Part shown: piece after piece, positions 8,260 through 17,837 of the stretch
How positions within the stretch are numbered: the stretch's first letter is position 1
Layout: every line of letters begins with the position of its first letter
Assembly (NCBI GenBank): GCA_045804245.1
Contig: JBJMNN010000196.1
Span: forward strand, 4,665-68,664
Reading direction: 5' to 3'
Origin: Gemmatimonadaceae bacterium
GTDB taxonomy: Bacteria > Gemmatimonadota > Gemmatimonadetes > Gemmatimonadales > Gemmatimonadaceae
DNA: 64,000 nt
The notes under the pieces: generated by a model
The model's input: only the letters and a program-made list of their open reading frames with translations
What the model was told of the DNA's origin: nothing
Database searches by the model: none
Made by a program: the position numbers and the translations under genes

Positions 8260-8697
8260 ATGCAATTCATGTGGGCGGACACACTGCTCGCGCTCGAGCG
8301 AGCTCATCTCGTACGCCTGATCGTGTGGGGAGGGGCGAGCGCGCTCGTCGGGAGCGCGCTGCTCGGACTGATGCGAATTCGCGGTCATCGATCTGCCCTG
8401 CTGGATCACTTCGGCATTCAGACTCTGGCTTGGGGCGCCATTGAGTTCGCGCTCGCCCTGACGGGACTTCAGCGCCTCGAGCTCCGCGATCTCGCCGGCG
8501 CCACGCGCCTCGACCGGTTCCTGTGGCTCAATATCGGGATGGACGCCGGTTACGTGCTGGTGGGGCTCACGTTACTCGTGCTCGGCTGGCGGCTGGCCAG
8601 GCGCTTGGACTTCGTGGGCGCGGGGTTGGCGGTGATCGTTCAAGGGTCGGCACTCGCATTGCTGGATCTCGCGCTGGCGGGCCAGATCTCGCGCTAG
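8260..8697 (+). CDS. Hypothetical integral membrane protein (about 4 TM segments)
   Basis: Track ORF, 145 aa, with hydrophobic segments and normal composition. No family recognised. Confidence 0.5.
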   Translation: MQFMWADTLLALERAHLVRLIVWGGASALVGSALLGLMRIRGHRSALLDHFGIQTLAWGAIEFALALTGLQRLELRDLAGATRLDRFLWLNIGMDAGYVLVGLTLLVLGWRLARRLDFVGAGLAVIVQGSALALLDLALAGQISR

Positions 8698-8798
8698 CAC
8701 CCGCGACGGATCCACGGGGATCGCACGCTGTGCGGAGCGGAACGGCGCACGGTATCTTTCGGCCCCATCCTCCCGCGACTCCTGCCTTCGCGCCCTCG

Positions 8799-9428
8799 AT
8801 GTCGATCCGCGGCTACTCCGACCGAATCAATCACGCCTTCGCTTTCGCGGCGAAGCATCATGATCGGCAAGTGAGGCGCGGCACACGTCTCCCGTATCTC
8901 ACGCATCCCGCCAACGTGGCCGTGATCCTCACGCGCTACGGGCAGGATGAGCACACGGTGGTCTCCGGCATCCTGCACGATGTCATCGAGGATTGCGTGC
9001 GCGATGGCTACACGCGCGACACGCTCGACCAGCGCCTCGGCGACAAGTTCGGCCAGGACGTACTCGACACGGTGCTCGCGGTGACGGAGCGCCAGGTGGA
9101 CGAGGAGGGAGTCGAGCTCTCGAGCGAGGAGCGGAAGGACGATTATCTGGCTCGATTGGCGGCCGCCCCGGAGCGCGCACTGTGGGTGTGTGTGGCGGAC
9201 AAGATCCACAACGGCAGCACGATCCTGGCCGATCTCATGCGAACGCTCGATCCGGATACCGTCTGGTCGCGATTCTCCGCAGGCCGAACGGGTACCGTGC
9301 GCTGGTATCGGCGCGTCTACGAGCGTCTGCGCGAGCTGGGATTCGATGCGCCGATCATGGAGGAGCTGCGCGACGTGGCCGGAGAGCTCGAGCGCGTCGC
9401 GGGCGCGAGCTCGTTGACGTCGCGCTGA
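8799..9428 (+). CDS. HD-domain protein resembling the RelA/SpoT (p)ppGpp hydrolase domain (small alarmone hydrolase-like)
   Basis: Tail of track ORF 8523..9428 from ATG 8799. Motifs 'AAKHHDRQVRRGTRLPYLTHPANVAVIL' and 'GILHDVIED'. Confidence 0.7.
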   Translation: MSIRGYSDRINHAFAFAAKHHDRQVRRGTRLPYLTHPANVAVILTRYGQDEHTVVSGILHDVIEDCVRDGYTRDTLDQRLGDKFGQDVLDTVLAVTERQVDEEGVELSSEERKDDYLARLAAAPERALWVCVADKIHNGSTILADLMRTLDPDTVWSRFSAGRTGTVRWYRRVYERLRELGFDAPIMEELRDVAGELERVAGASSLTSR

Positions 9429-9435
9429 GCGCGCG

Positions 9436-10698
9436 TCAGCGTGACGCGGCCGGCGCTGCCATGCCGGACAGCGCCGCGCGCGGCGCCACGGGATAGGTAC
9501 GCGCGACGTACTCGTCGAGGATCACGAGGAACTCCTGCACGATACGGTCGCCTTTGAGCGTCGTGAAGAGCCGGCCGTCCACGTAAACCGGGGCCTTCGG
9601 CTCCTCGAACGTGCCCGGAAGCGAGATACCGAGATTGGCGTGTTTGGATTCGCCGGGTCCGTTCACGACGCAGCCCATCACCGCGACGTGCATCGTCTCC
9701 ACGCCAGGCCGAGTCTCGCGCCACACCGGCATCTGCTCGCGCAGATACGTCTGGATGTCTTCCGCCATGTGCTGGAAGAAGGTCGAAGTCGTGCGCCCGC
9801 ACCCCGGGCACGCCGTCACCTGCGGCGCGAAGCTGCGCAGGCCGAGCGACTGCAGGATCTGTTGCGCGACGAGCACTTCCTCGGTGCGGTCGCCATTCGG
9901 TTTCGGGGTGAGCGAGACGCGAATGGTGTCGCCGATTCCCTTGGTGAGAAGGATGGAGAGCGCCGCGGCGCTGGCCACCTGCCCCTTCATCCCCATCCCC
10001 GCCTCGGTGAGTCCGAGATGCAACGGGTAGTCGCAGCGCGCCGCGAGCCGCTCGTAGACGTCGACCAGATCGGGGACCTGCGACACCTTGGCGGAAATCA
10101 GGATGCGGTCGTGACCCAGGCCCACCTCCTCCGCCAGCTCGGCCGACCGGAGCGCGGACGCGAGCATCGCCTCGATGTAGACATCCTTGGCGGAGAGCGG
10201 CGCCGCTGCTCGCGCATTCTCGTCCATCATCTGCGTGAGCAGGTCCTGGTCGAGCGAACCCCAGTTCACGCCGATGCGCACGGGCTTTCCGTGTTCCAGC
10301 GCCAGCTGCACGATAGTGCGGAAATTCTCGTCGCGCCGCTTGCCTCCCACGTTCCCCGGATTGATGCGGTACTTGTCCAGTGCACGCGCGCAATCGGGGA
10401 AGCGCGCGAGCAGCAGATGCCCGTTGTAGTGGAAGTCGCCGACGATCGGCACGGAGACGCCCGCATCGGCTAGACGCATGACGATCTCGGGGACCGCTGC
10501 TGCCGCTTCCTCGTTGTTGACCGTGATGCGAACGAGCTGCGAGCCCGCGCGCGCGAGGGCCTCGATCTGCACGGCCGTGCTCGCGGCATCGGCCGTATCC
10601 GTGTTCGTCATCGACTGCACGACGATCGGATGCGCGGATCCCACGGGGACCGAGCCTACGAGCGTGGTGACGGTTGGTCTACGAGGCGCGAACGACAC
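9436..10698 (-). CDS. ispG: 4-hydroxy-3-methylbut-2-en-1-yl diphosphate synthase
   Basis: Track ORF, 420 aa: '…[15 protein letters not shown]…RITVNN…ACPGCGRT…'. GTG start. Confidence 0.9.
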   Translation of the reverse strand: MSFAPRRPTVTTLVGSVPVGSAHPIVVQSMTNTDTADAASTAVQIEALARAGSQLVRITVNNEEAAAAVPEIVMRLADAGVSVPIVGDFHYNGHLLLARFPDCARALDKYRINPGNVGGKRRDENFRTIVQLALEHGKPVRIGVNWGSLDQDLLTQMMDENARAAAPLSAKDVYIEAMLASALRSAELAEEVGLGHDRILISAKVSQVPDLVDVYERLAARCDYPLHLGLTEAGMGMKGQVASAAALSILLTKGIGDTIRVSLTPKPNGDRTEEVLVAQQILQSLGLRSFAPQVTACPGCGRTTSTFFQHMAEDIQTYLREQMPVWRETRPGVETMHVAVMGCVVNGPGESKHANLGISLPGTFEEPKAPVYVDGRLFTTLKGDRIVQEFLVILDEYVARTYPVAPRAALSGMAAPAASR

Positions 10699-10816
10699 AG
10701 GCGAAACGGGTCAGGGTCAACGACGAAATCTAAGACCACCCCCTGCTGCGCGCGCATGGGAGGCGTAGTTTCTGCTCACTGGCAACGGATCGGAGCACCC
10801 ACCTGGGAGGAGTGCC

Positions 10817-11245
10817 ATGAGCGATGAAGGGCAGCATCGTGACGCGTTGGACGACATACCGACGTCGCGTCGCCGGCAGCGGCGCTGGCCGTGGATCATC
10901 GTTGGCGCGCTGATCGGCCTCCCTGCCCTGGTGCTCGCCGCATGGACCGCGATCGCGCTTTCATACACCTACTCCAGGGGCGATCGCGCCGGATACATCC
11001 AGAAGCTCTCGAAAAAGGGCTGGATCTGTAAGACGTGGGAGGGTGAGCTCGCCATGGTGAACATTCCGGGCGCGATGCAGGAGCGATTTCCCTTCACCGT
11101 CCGCTCCGACAGCCTCGCTGCGGAGATGAACAAGATGATGGGATCGCAGGTTTCCCTCACCTACGAGGAGCACAGAGGAGTGCCGGGGAGCTGCTTCGGC
11201 GAGACGAACTACTACGTGACTGCGGTGCGCCCGGTCGGGAAGTAG
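10817..11245 (+). CDS. Hypothetical membrane-anchored protein
   Basis: Track ORF, 142 aa. One N-terminal TM segment followed by a non-repetitive soluble domain. Confidence 0.5.
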   Translation: MSDEGQHRDALDDIPTSRRRQRRWPWIIVGALIGLPALVLAAWTAIALSYTYSRGDRAGYIQKLSKKGWICKTWEGELAMVNIPGAMQERFPFTVRSDSLAAEMNKMMGSQVSLTYEEHRGVPGSCFGETNYYVTAVRPVGK

Positions 11246-11303
11246 TGCGCCGCGAGCCGGAGGGGACTGATTGCGGAGGCACGGGAACGCCACGGGCGCG
11301 CTA

Positions 11304-11332
11304 TTGACCGATTTTTCAGGTCTTGCTACGTT
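11304..11332 (+). promoter_or_regulatory. Sigma-70-like promoter candidate for the cold-shock gene: TTGACC-N17-TACGTT
   Basis: Read directly from the sequence. It would give a 5' UTR of roughly 130 nt, typical for csp genes. Confidence 0.4.
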
Positions 11333-11468
11333 TGCGCTCGCTGAACCTCAGCGGACCGGGGCTCGGCAACGATCGTCGCGACGGGACACTGGTGCGCCCG
11401 CCGCGCTGGCTATTGTCAGGGTCGGCGCGTTCCGCTCCCTAGACAATCAGTTTTCTCAGGAGTGGGAC

Positions 11469-11675
11469 ATGCGTACGACCGGCAAGGTGAAGTGGTTCAA
11501 CGACGCGAAGGGTTTTGGCTTCATCACTCCCGACAGCGGCGAGAAAGACTGCTTCGTGCACTACAGCGCGATCCAGGGAAGCGGGTTCAAGTCGCTGGCC
11601 GAGGGTGACTCGGTCGAATTCGATATCGTGCAGGGGGCCAAGGGACCGGCCGCCGAAAACGTCTCGAAGACCTGA
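11469..11675 (+). CDS. Cold-shock protein (CspA family)
   Basis: [54 protein letters not shown]… carries the RNP1 (KGFGFI) and RNP2 (VFVH-like) motifs. Confidence 0.93.
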   Translation: MRTTGKVKWFNDAKGFGFITPDSGEKDCFVHYSAIQGSGFKSLAEGDSVEFDIVQGAKGPAAENVSKT

Positions 11676-11694
11676 GTCGACTCGGGCCTGACAC

Positions 11695-11732
11695 GATGCG
11701 GGGCGCCTTCACCGGCGCCCCGCATCATTTTT
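11695..11732 (+). terminator. Intrinsic terminator after the csp gene
   Basis: 13-bp stem GATGCGGGGCGCC / GGCGCCCCGCATC, 6-nt loop, then ATTTTT. Confidence 0.8.
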
Positions 11733-12135
11733 ACCCTGCCGAATGCTCTTTCGCGGCGAAGGCCCGGCGCGCTGGCCGGCCGCGCCGAGGCCTGGGGGCG
11801 GACTCGAGCGCCTCGGCGAGCCGCCGTTGCAGGTCCTCCTCCAGAGCTCGACGCTCGAAGCTCAGTGTCGACCAGCGGCCCACCCTCACCTGACCCGCTG
11901 GCGCGCGCAGCAAGAGGTCCGAAAGGGCCACTGCCTCTCGAACTCCGCACCCGAGTGCAAGGTGGAGCTCTCGGATCAGCGCGATTCGCACGAGGCCAGC
12001 CCACGACACCCCACGAGCGACTCCACGAGCTCGCGACTGTACGTCGGGGATGCCGTGATGCGCGATCAGGTTGTCGGTCCACTTGGTGGGCGCCTCGATC
12101 GCAAGCGACGCAATGGCAATGCTGTAAAGGCGCAC
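11731..12135 (-). CDS. Hypothetical protein, possibly with an N-terminal helix-turn-helix
   Basis: Track ORF, 134 aa, GTG start. Plausible composition in the first ~100 aa with an Arg/Pro-rich tail. No family recognised with confidence. Confidence 0.4.
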   Translation of the reverse strand: MRLYSIAIASLAIEAPTKWTDNLIAHHGIPDVQSRARGVARGVSWAGLVRIALIRELHLALGCGVREAVALSDLLLRAPAGQVRVGRWSTLSFERRALEEDLQRRLAEALESAPRPRRGRPARRAFAAKEHSAG

Positions 12136-12137
12136 CT

Positions 12138-12209
12138 AATCTTCCTATTTATGAAGGATATTAGTCGTCCGGAACTGGCCGACATTTATTCTGTGAAAAT
12201 AGGAATATT
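12138..12209. promoter_or_regulatory. AT-rich island with a 13-bp inverted repeat (AATCTTCCTATTT … AAATAGGAATATT, 12 of 13 matching) separated by 46 bp
   Basis: Read directly from the sequence. Lies between the hrpB stop and the start of the 134-aa ORF, and stands out strongly against the GC-rich background. Confidence 0.45.
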
Positions 12210-12349
12210 CTCTAGCGCGACCGTTGCAGCAAGACCAGCATCCGCGCCAGCCGCAATTCCTGACCGCTGGAGTGAACCTGGGCGACGTGGGCGCGAGTCT
12301 TCAGTTCATCCCGATCACGTTTGGCATCGTCTTCTGAATGACGGACGAA

Positions 12350-14860
12350 TTACGAACGCGGCCGGGTGCGGTCGGTCGGCTCGGCGCGCATCGGATCGTC
12401 GGGCCACGCATGCTTTGGATAGCGCCCGCGTAGCTCCTTCCGAACCTCGAAGTACGAGTTGCGCCAGAAGCCGGCGAGGTCGCGCGTGACCTGCACCGGT
12501 CGGTGAGCCGGCGACAGCAGATGAAGCGTCAGCGGCACCGTATTGCCAGCGACACTCGGCGTCGCATCGAGACCGAATAGTTCCTGGAGCCGTACCGCCA
12601 GAACGGGCGCCTCGGGATCCGAGTAGTCGATCCGGATGCGGGAACCGCTCGGGACCTCGATGTGAGTCGGCGCGAGGTCGTCCAGCTCCCCGCGCTGTCG
12701 CCAGCTCAGTCGCGAGAGCAGCAACGCACCCAAGTCGAGCGCCTGGACCTCCTCTCGTCGCCGGAGCCCGACGAGGTGTGGCAGCAGCCAGTCGCGCGCC
12801 GTCGCGCGCAATGCTCCGTCGCCGACATCGGGCCAACCGGCGACGTGACGGTGCAGGAACGCGAGCCTCGCTCGAAGGCGCGCCGCGTCCTCACGCCATG
12901 TCAACGACAACCCCTGCTCCGTCGTCAGCGCCAGGAGCAGCGCTTCGGCCACGGCCACCGGCTCGGCATCACGCAGCGTCGTCTCGCGAAGCACGATGGC
13001 GCCCAGTCGCTCGCGACGCACCGCGACGATGGCGCGATCGGCAGTGCGCCATTCCACTAGGTCCTCCCGTTGCACGTCGTCGCCGAGCAATTCGTCGAGG
13101 TCAGCTCGCGTGAGCGCCGCGGCGAGCTGGATGCGCGCATCAGGACGTTGGCCTCCCAGCTCCGCGATCGCGAGATACGCCGCGCCCGTCAACGAGGATC
13201 CTTCCGGCAACAGCGCGCCGAGGCCGTTGCGTAGCACGTAACGCTCCTCGCTGCCGGAGCGTCGCTGCGCGACCCGATCGGGGAACGCGAGCGCGACCGC
13301 GCGACCGCACTCGCTCTCGATGGTGCTCGCGTGACCTGGGATGCGCAGCATCGCACGCCAGGTGCGAGCGTGCTCCCGCACGCGTCGCACCGTCTCCCGG
13401 TCGACGCTCGACGATCGATCGTGACCTTCGACGATCGCGACACGATGCCGGAGGTCGGGATCGGGAGCGAGCGTACCGCTGCGCATCGGGTCGCGCTCGT
13501 CGAGCAGCGCCGCGATGAGGCACGCAGTGGCGCCGAATCCGAGCTCCTGTCCGCGCAGCATCATGTGGGCGAGCCGCGGATGCACGCCGAGCGACGCGAT
13601 CGCGCGCCCGTGGGGCGTGATTCGGTGAGCGACGTCGAGCGCGCCGAGCTGCATCAGCAGCTCGCGGGCTTGCGCGAGCGCGGGGGCAGGAGGCCGGTCC
13701 AGCCATCGCAGCGAGGCGGCATCGACCACTCCCGCGACCGCAAGATCGAGCGCGAGCGGCGCCAGATCGGCCTGTAGTATCTCGGGTCGATCGCGCTCCA
13801 GAAGAGCCGCCTGTTCTTCGGCGACCCACAATCGGTAGCACACGCCGGGTGCGGTACGCCCCGCACGTCCGCTGCGCTGCTCCGCGGAAGCGCGCGACAC
13901 GCGGACGGTCTCGAGTCGCGACATCCCGGTCCGCGGCGAGAACGCCGGCACGCGCGCGAGGCCGCTGTCCACGACGACATGCACGCCGTCGATGGTCAGA
14001 CTGGTCTCCGCAATCGCCGTGGCGAGAACGACCTTGCGCGTACCGACGGGCGCGGGAAGGATCGCCTCGTCTTGCGCGGCTGGAGGCATTGCGCCGAACA
14101 GCGGAAGCACGCGCACGTCGGATGGCAGCGCGCTGGACGTGAGCATCGCGTGCGTGCGGCGGATCTCACCCGCGCCCGGAAGGAAGGCGAGCACGCTGCC
14201 GCCGTCCTCGGTGAGCGCTCGACGGATTGCGCTCGCCACCGCGCCCTCGGCCTGTTGTTCGACGCGCCGAGGCAGGTAGCGGATCTCGATCGGAAACGTT
14301 CTGCCTTCGCTGGCGATCACGGGGGCATCGTCCAGCAGGCCCGCGATCCCGACGCCGTCGAGCGTGGCGGACATGACGAGCAGCCGCAATTCGGGGCGGA
14401 GCACAGACTGTGTTTCCAACGACAGTGCAAGACCGAGGTCGGCGTTGAGGCTGCGCTCGTGGAACTCGTCGAAGATCACGAGGCCGACCCCGTCGAGTGC
14501 CGCGTCCTCGTGCAACATGCGCGTGAGTACACCTTCCGTGACGACCTCGATGCGCGTGCGAGCGCCGATTCGCGTTTCGCCGCGCACACGGAACCCTACC
14601 GTCGCCCCGACCGATTCGCCGAGCGAATCGGCCATGCGTCGTGCCGCGGCGCGGGCCGCGAGCCGGCGGGGCTCGAGCATGATGATTCGCTGCGGCGCGA
14701 GCCAGCTCTCCCCGAGCAGCGCAAGCGGTACACGCGTCGTCTTTCCCGCACCGGGCGGCGCCTGCAGCACCGCGGCCGACCGATTCGCGAGCGCGGCACG
14801 GAGCGCGGCCAGCACGTCATCGATCGGCAGGCGGGGCAGGAGCAGGGACGTACGCGCCAT
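12350..14860 (-). CDS. hrpB: ATP-dependent DEAH-box helicase HrpB
   Basis: Track ORF, 836 aa. 'QAPPGAGKTTRVP', 'DEFHERS', 'SATL', followed by the HA2/OB and HrpB C-terminal region. Confidence 0.9.
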   Translation of the reverse strand: MARTSLLLPRLPIDDVLAALRAALANRSAAVLQAPPGAGKTTRVPLALLGESWLAPQRIIMLEPRRLAARAAARRMADSLGESVGATVGFRVRGETRIGARTRIEVVTEGVLTRMLHEDAALDGVGLVIFDEFHERSLNADLGLALSLETQSVLRPELRLLVMSATLDGVGIAGLLDDAPVIASEGRTFPIEIRYLPRRVEQQAEGAVASAIRRALTEDGGSVLAFLPGAGEIRRTHAMLTSSALPSDVRVLPLFGAMPPAAQDEAILPAPVGTRKVVLATAIAETSLTIDGVHVVVDSGLARVPAFSPRTGMSRLETVRVSRASAEQRSGRAGRTAPGVCYRLWVAEEQAALLERDRPEILQADLAPLALDLAVAGVVDAASLRWLDRPPAPALAQARELLMQLGALDVAHRITPHGRAIASLGVHPRLAHMMLRGQELGFGATACLIAALLDERDPMRSGTLAPDPDLRHRVAIVEGHDRSSSVDRETVRRVREHARTWRAMLRIPGHASTIESECGRAVALAFPDRVAQRRSGSEERYVLRNGLGALLPEGSSLTGAAYLAIAELGGQRPDARIQLAAALTRADLDELLGDDVQREDLVEWRTADRAIVAVRRERLGAIVLRETTLRDAEPVAVAEALLLALTTEQGLSLTWREDAARLRARLAFLHRHVAGWPDVGDGALRATARDWLLPHLVGLRRREEVQALDLGALLLSRLSWRQRGELDDLAPTHIEVPSGSRIRIDYSDPEAPVLAVRLQELFGLDATPSVAGNTVPLTLHLLSPAHRPVQVTRDLAGFWRNSYFEVRKELRGRYPKHAWPDDPMRAEPTDRTRPRS

Positions 14861-14989
14861 TCGCGCAATCCAGCGCTCGGCGGTGCGCCCATCGAACCTC
14901 GCTGCGCCAGCGGGTATGATGCCTGCGACGACTCGGTCGGCCGCGTCTCGCGCCCATGCCGGCAGCTCGAAGTGCCTCTCTCATTCTCA

Positions 14990-15223
14990 ATGGCGAAATT
15001 CGGGATCTTCCGCGACTCGGAGCTGGCAACGGATTGCGATCAGTGCGGTGGCCGCGTCGACCTGCTCAAGGGCGGCGCCTGCGTGCGCTGCCGTCGCATC
15101 CTCTGCTTCACGCATCTCCACGGCTCATTCGTCCGGCGACTCGCCACCGACCTCGGCGCGCAGATGCAGTGCGTTCGTTGCCGATCGAGTGGCCCGGACG
15201 TCAGCGTCGACACCACTTCCTGA
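14990..15223 (+). CDS. Small Cys-rich protein (zinc-ribbon-like), 77 aa
   Basis: Tail of track ORF 13979..15223 from ATG 14990: MAKFGIFRDSELATDCDQCGG…CVRCRRILC…CVRCR. It occupies an otherwise empty gap between hrpB and the GGDEF gene. Confidence 0.4.
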   Translation: MAKFGIFRDSELATDCDQCGGRVDLLKGGACVRCRRILCFTHLHGSFVRRLATDLGAQMQCVRCRSSGPDVSVDTTS

Positions 15224-15305
15224 TCGACGCCCCGCCGCGGCACTGCTATCTTGCAAGCCGTAGCCACGGCCGATTGCACGTCCTCTCCTCCCGCCGACCA
15301 CGGAT

Positions 15306-16982
15306 ATGATCCGTCGGCCCCTCCTGTTCGCGCTCGTTCCCCTCGGGACGCTGGTTGCGCCCTCCCTCCGCGCGCAGGGGACGAATGCCGTGCGCCCGAT
15401 CCGCGCGGCGTCCGCCATGCAGGGGTCGAGCGAGGCGGTGACGATCTCGGGGCGTGCGACGGTGTCCGCCGGCCAGATGCAGTCGCGTGCGTTCGAAGTC
15501 GCTCTGCAGGACACAAGCGGTGGGATCCGTATCTTCTCCCGCGTGCTCGACGTGCGCGTGCGCGAGGGCGACAGCCTCATCGCGACGGGAACCGTCAAGC
15601 GCTACCGAGGCGATCTCGAGCTCGTCGCCACGCGAGTGACCGTCATACCGAGCGCGACTCGCCTGATCCAGCCACGCGAGGTACCGATCGATGTGGCGCA
15701 GCTGGAGCGCTATCCCGGACAGCTCGTGCGCGTGCGTGGACGCATCGACGCGCTCGGACACAGCGAGGGCGGGCAATGGTTGCGGCTGCGTGACGGGGCG
15801 ACGGCGCGCGGCACGATCACCGTATGGGTGCCGGCCAATCATGGCGCACGGATCGATCTCTCGAGCGTGCGTCCGAACGATAGTCTCACCGTCGCCGGAA
15901 TCGTCACGTCGTATCAGGACAACATCGACGATCCGGTCGTCTGGCAGCTCGTGCCGCGCTCGAGCGACGACGTCGTGGTGTCGGCGACCACCGCCATCTG
16001 GCCGACCTGGCTGCTCTGGTCGTTGCTGGCCGCCGCTGTTCTGGTGCTCGGCGTGCTCGCGCTCACGCGGATCAACTCGCGGCGGCACCTTCGCGCGCTG
16101 CGGGAGACCGACGCACGCTATCGGCAGCTGCTCGCGATGACGCCCGAGGCGGTGCTCGTGCACGCCGCCGGCCGAATCCTGTTCACCAACCCCGCCGCTG
16201 CGGAGCTGCTGGGCGTGACCAACGAGCACGCGCTGGTCGGGCGTTCGATCGCCGACTTTGCCGCACCGGAATCACGCGATGCGCTCGATGGGCTGACCGA
16301 TGCGGAGGGTGGCCGCCCACCACGCGTGCGTGGTCGCTTCGTGACGTCCACCGGAAGCGCGCTCGACGTCGAGATCAGCTCCAGTCCCTGTGTGTACCTC
16401 GACCAACCGGCAGTCGTGGTGCTCGCCCGGGACATCAGCGGACAGCTGCGCTACGAACGCGACCTACACGCACTGGCCCTCGTCGACGACCTGACGGGTC
16501 TACACAACCGCCGCGGTTTCACCCTGTTTGCCGATCAGGAGATCGCGCGCGCACGCCGGAGCGGTCACCTGCCGACACTCGTCTTCGCAGATCTGGACGA
16601 CCTGAAGGGGATCAACGACGTGCACGGCCATGCAAGCGGCGACGCCGCGATCCGCCTCGTCGCCGCCGCATTCAAGAGCATCCTGCGCGAGACGGACATC
16701 GTCGCTCGGTGGAGCGGCGATGAGTTCGTCGCCCTGCTCAGCGATGGCGCTCCGGGATCGGCCGAGCAAATCGACGAGCGACTCGCTGCGGCAATCGCGA
16801 GCCAGATATCGCCCGATCAGCGGTACACCGTGAGCGCGACCGTCGGCACGAGCACGCTCGATCCGATGTTCTCTCTGCGTGACGCGATCGAGCGCGCCGA
16901 CGCCGAGCTCTACACTCGGAAGAAACACGCTCGTCGCGGCCGGCCGGTCGGCAACGTCGACGCGGTCTCCGAACGGGAATAG
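15306..16982 (+). CDS. Diguanylate cyclase: signal peptide, extracytoplasmic tandem OB-fold-like region, TM segment, PAS, GGDEF
   Basis: Track ORF, 558 aa. 'RETDIVARWSGDEF' gives an RxxD I-site plus an SGDEF active-site variant. PAS region 'EAVLVHAAGRILFTNPAAAELLG'. Confidence 0.85.
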   Translation: MIRRPLLFALVPLGTLVAPSLRAQGTNAVRPIRAASAMQGSSEAVTISGRATVSAGQMQSRAFEVALQDTSGGIRIFSRVLDVRVREGDSLIATGTVKRYRGDLELVATRVTVIPSATRLIQPREVPIDVAQLERYPGQLVRVRGRIDALGHSEGGQWLRLRDGATARGTITVWVPANHGARIDLSSVRPNDSLTVAGIVTSYQDNIDDPVVWQLVPRSSDDVVVSATTAIWPTWLLWSLLAAAVLVLGVLALTRINSRRHLRALRETDARYRQLLAMTPEAVLVHAAGRILFTNPAAAELLGVTNEHALVGRSIADFAAPESRDALDGLTDAEGGRPPRVRGRFVTSTGSALDVEISSSPCVYLDQPAVVVLARDISGQLRYERDLHALALVDDLTGLHNRRGFTLFADQEIARARRSGHLPTLVFADLDDLKGINDVHGHASGDAAIRLVAAAFKSILRETDIVARWSGDEFVALLSDGAPGSAEQIDERLAAAIASQISPDQRYTVSATVGTSTLDPMFSLRDAIERADAELYTRKKHARRGRPVGNVDAVSERE

Positions 16983-17019
16983 CTTCGTGGGGTAGCACGC
17001 GCGCACGACATCCGCATCC

Positions 17020-17544
17020 ATGACGACCCATCACAGCAGGCAGGAGAGCAGGACCATGACCGATAGCCCACTGACGCGCCGCGCCTGGATCGCGCGCCTG
17101 GCGACGACCGCGCTGGGGGGCGCGGCGATGACGACGCTTCTGCCGCGCATCGGCACCGCCGCCCCGAAGCCGATGGCGATCACGGTGTACAAGGATCCAT
17201 CGTGTGGGTGCTGCAAGAACTGGGTGGAGCATCTCCGCGCGAACGGATTCGCGCCCGAGGTCCACGACCGCTCCGACATGGCTGCGTTGAAGCACAGCCT
17301 CGGCGTTCCCGCCGCGCTGCGCTCCTGTCACACCGGAGTGGTGGGAACGTACGTGATCGAAGGACACGTCCCCGCGACGGACGTGAAGCAACTGCTCGCG
17401 ACGAAGCCAGCGAAGACGGTGGGTGTCGCCGTGCCTGGCATGCCGGCCGGATCACCGGGCATGGAGATTGGCGGTCGCGTCGATCGCTACGACGTGATCG
17501 CGTTCGCGCCCGGTGGCGCGACGCGCGTCTTCGCGCGGCACTAG
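17020..17544 (+). CDS. DUF411-family (CopG-like) periplasmic metal-binding protein with a Tat signal
   Basis: Twin-arginine 'LTRRAWIARLA'. 'VYKDPSCGCCKNWVEHL…CHTGVV..YVIEGHVP' is characteristic of DUF411. Alternative start at 17056. Confidence 0.75.
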   Translation: MTTHHSRQESRTMTDSPLTRRAWIARLATTALGGAAMTTLLPRIGTAAPKPMAITVYKDPSCGCCKNWVEHLRANGFAPEVHDRSDMAALKHSLGVPAALRSCHTGVVGTYVIEGHVPATDVKQLLATKPAKTVGVAVPGMPAGSPGMEIGGRVDRYDVIAFAPGGATRVFARH

Positions 17545-17837
17545 ATCGCAGTGCGACGCGTCCGAACGCACCGCGTCGGACGCACGCGCAGCGACACAGG
17601 CGTCGCTGACGCTCGCGTCGGTCACGGCTTGCCACACGCGGGACCACGCGAGAGATTCGCGCAGCCGATTCGAGCAGCGTACGTCATCGGCGTTCCACGC
17701 ACGGTCGGACCCCGGTGCTCGTCCGGGCTCTCCGGCGCGACACGGTCGAGGTGCCGTCCGGGCGGTACCCGGCCGTGTCGTGCGTTGCGACGGTCCATTT
17801 CTCGCACCGAAGAGTTGCGTCCCTTCGAGGAGCGACG

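Noticed and set aside
12151-12489. Plus-strand ORF beginning MKDISRPELADIYSVKIG… inside the AT-rich island
   Set aside because: After about 20 codons it becomes Arg/Pro/Ala-rich and runs antisense into the hrpB 3' end. The region is more likely a promoter/operator.
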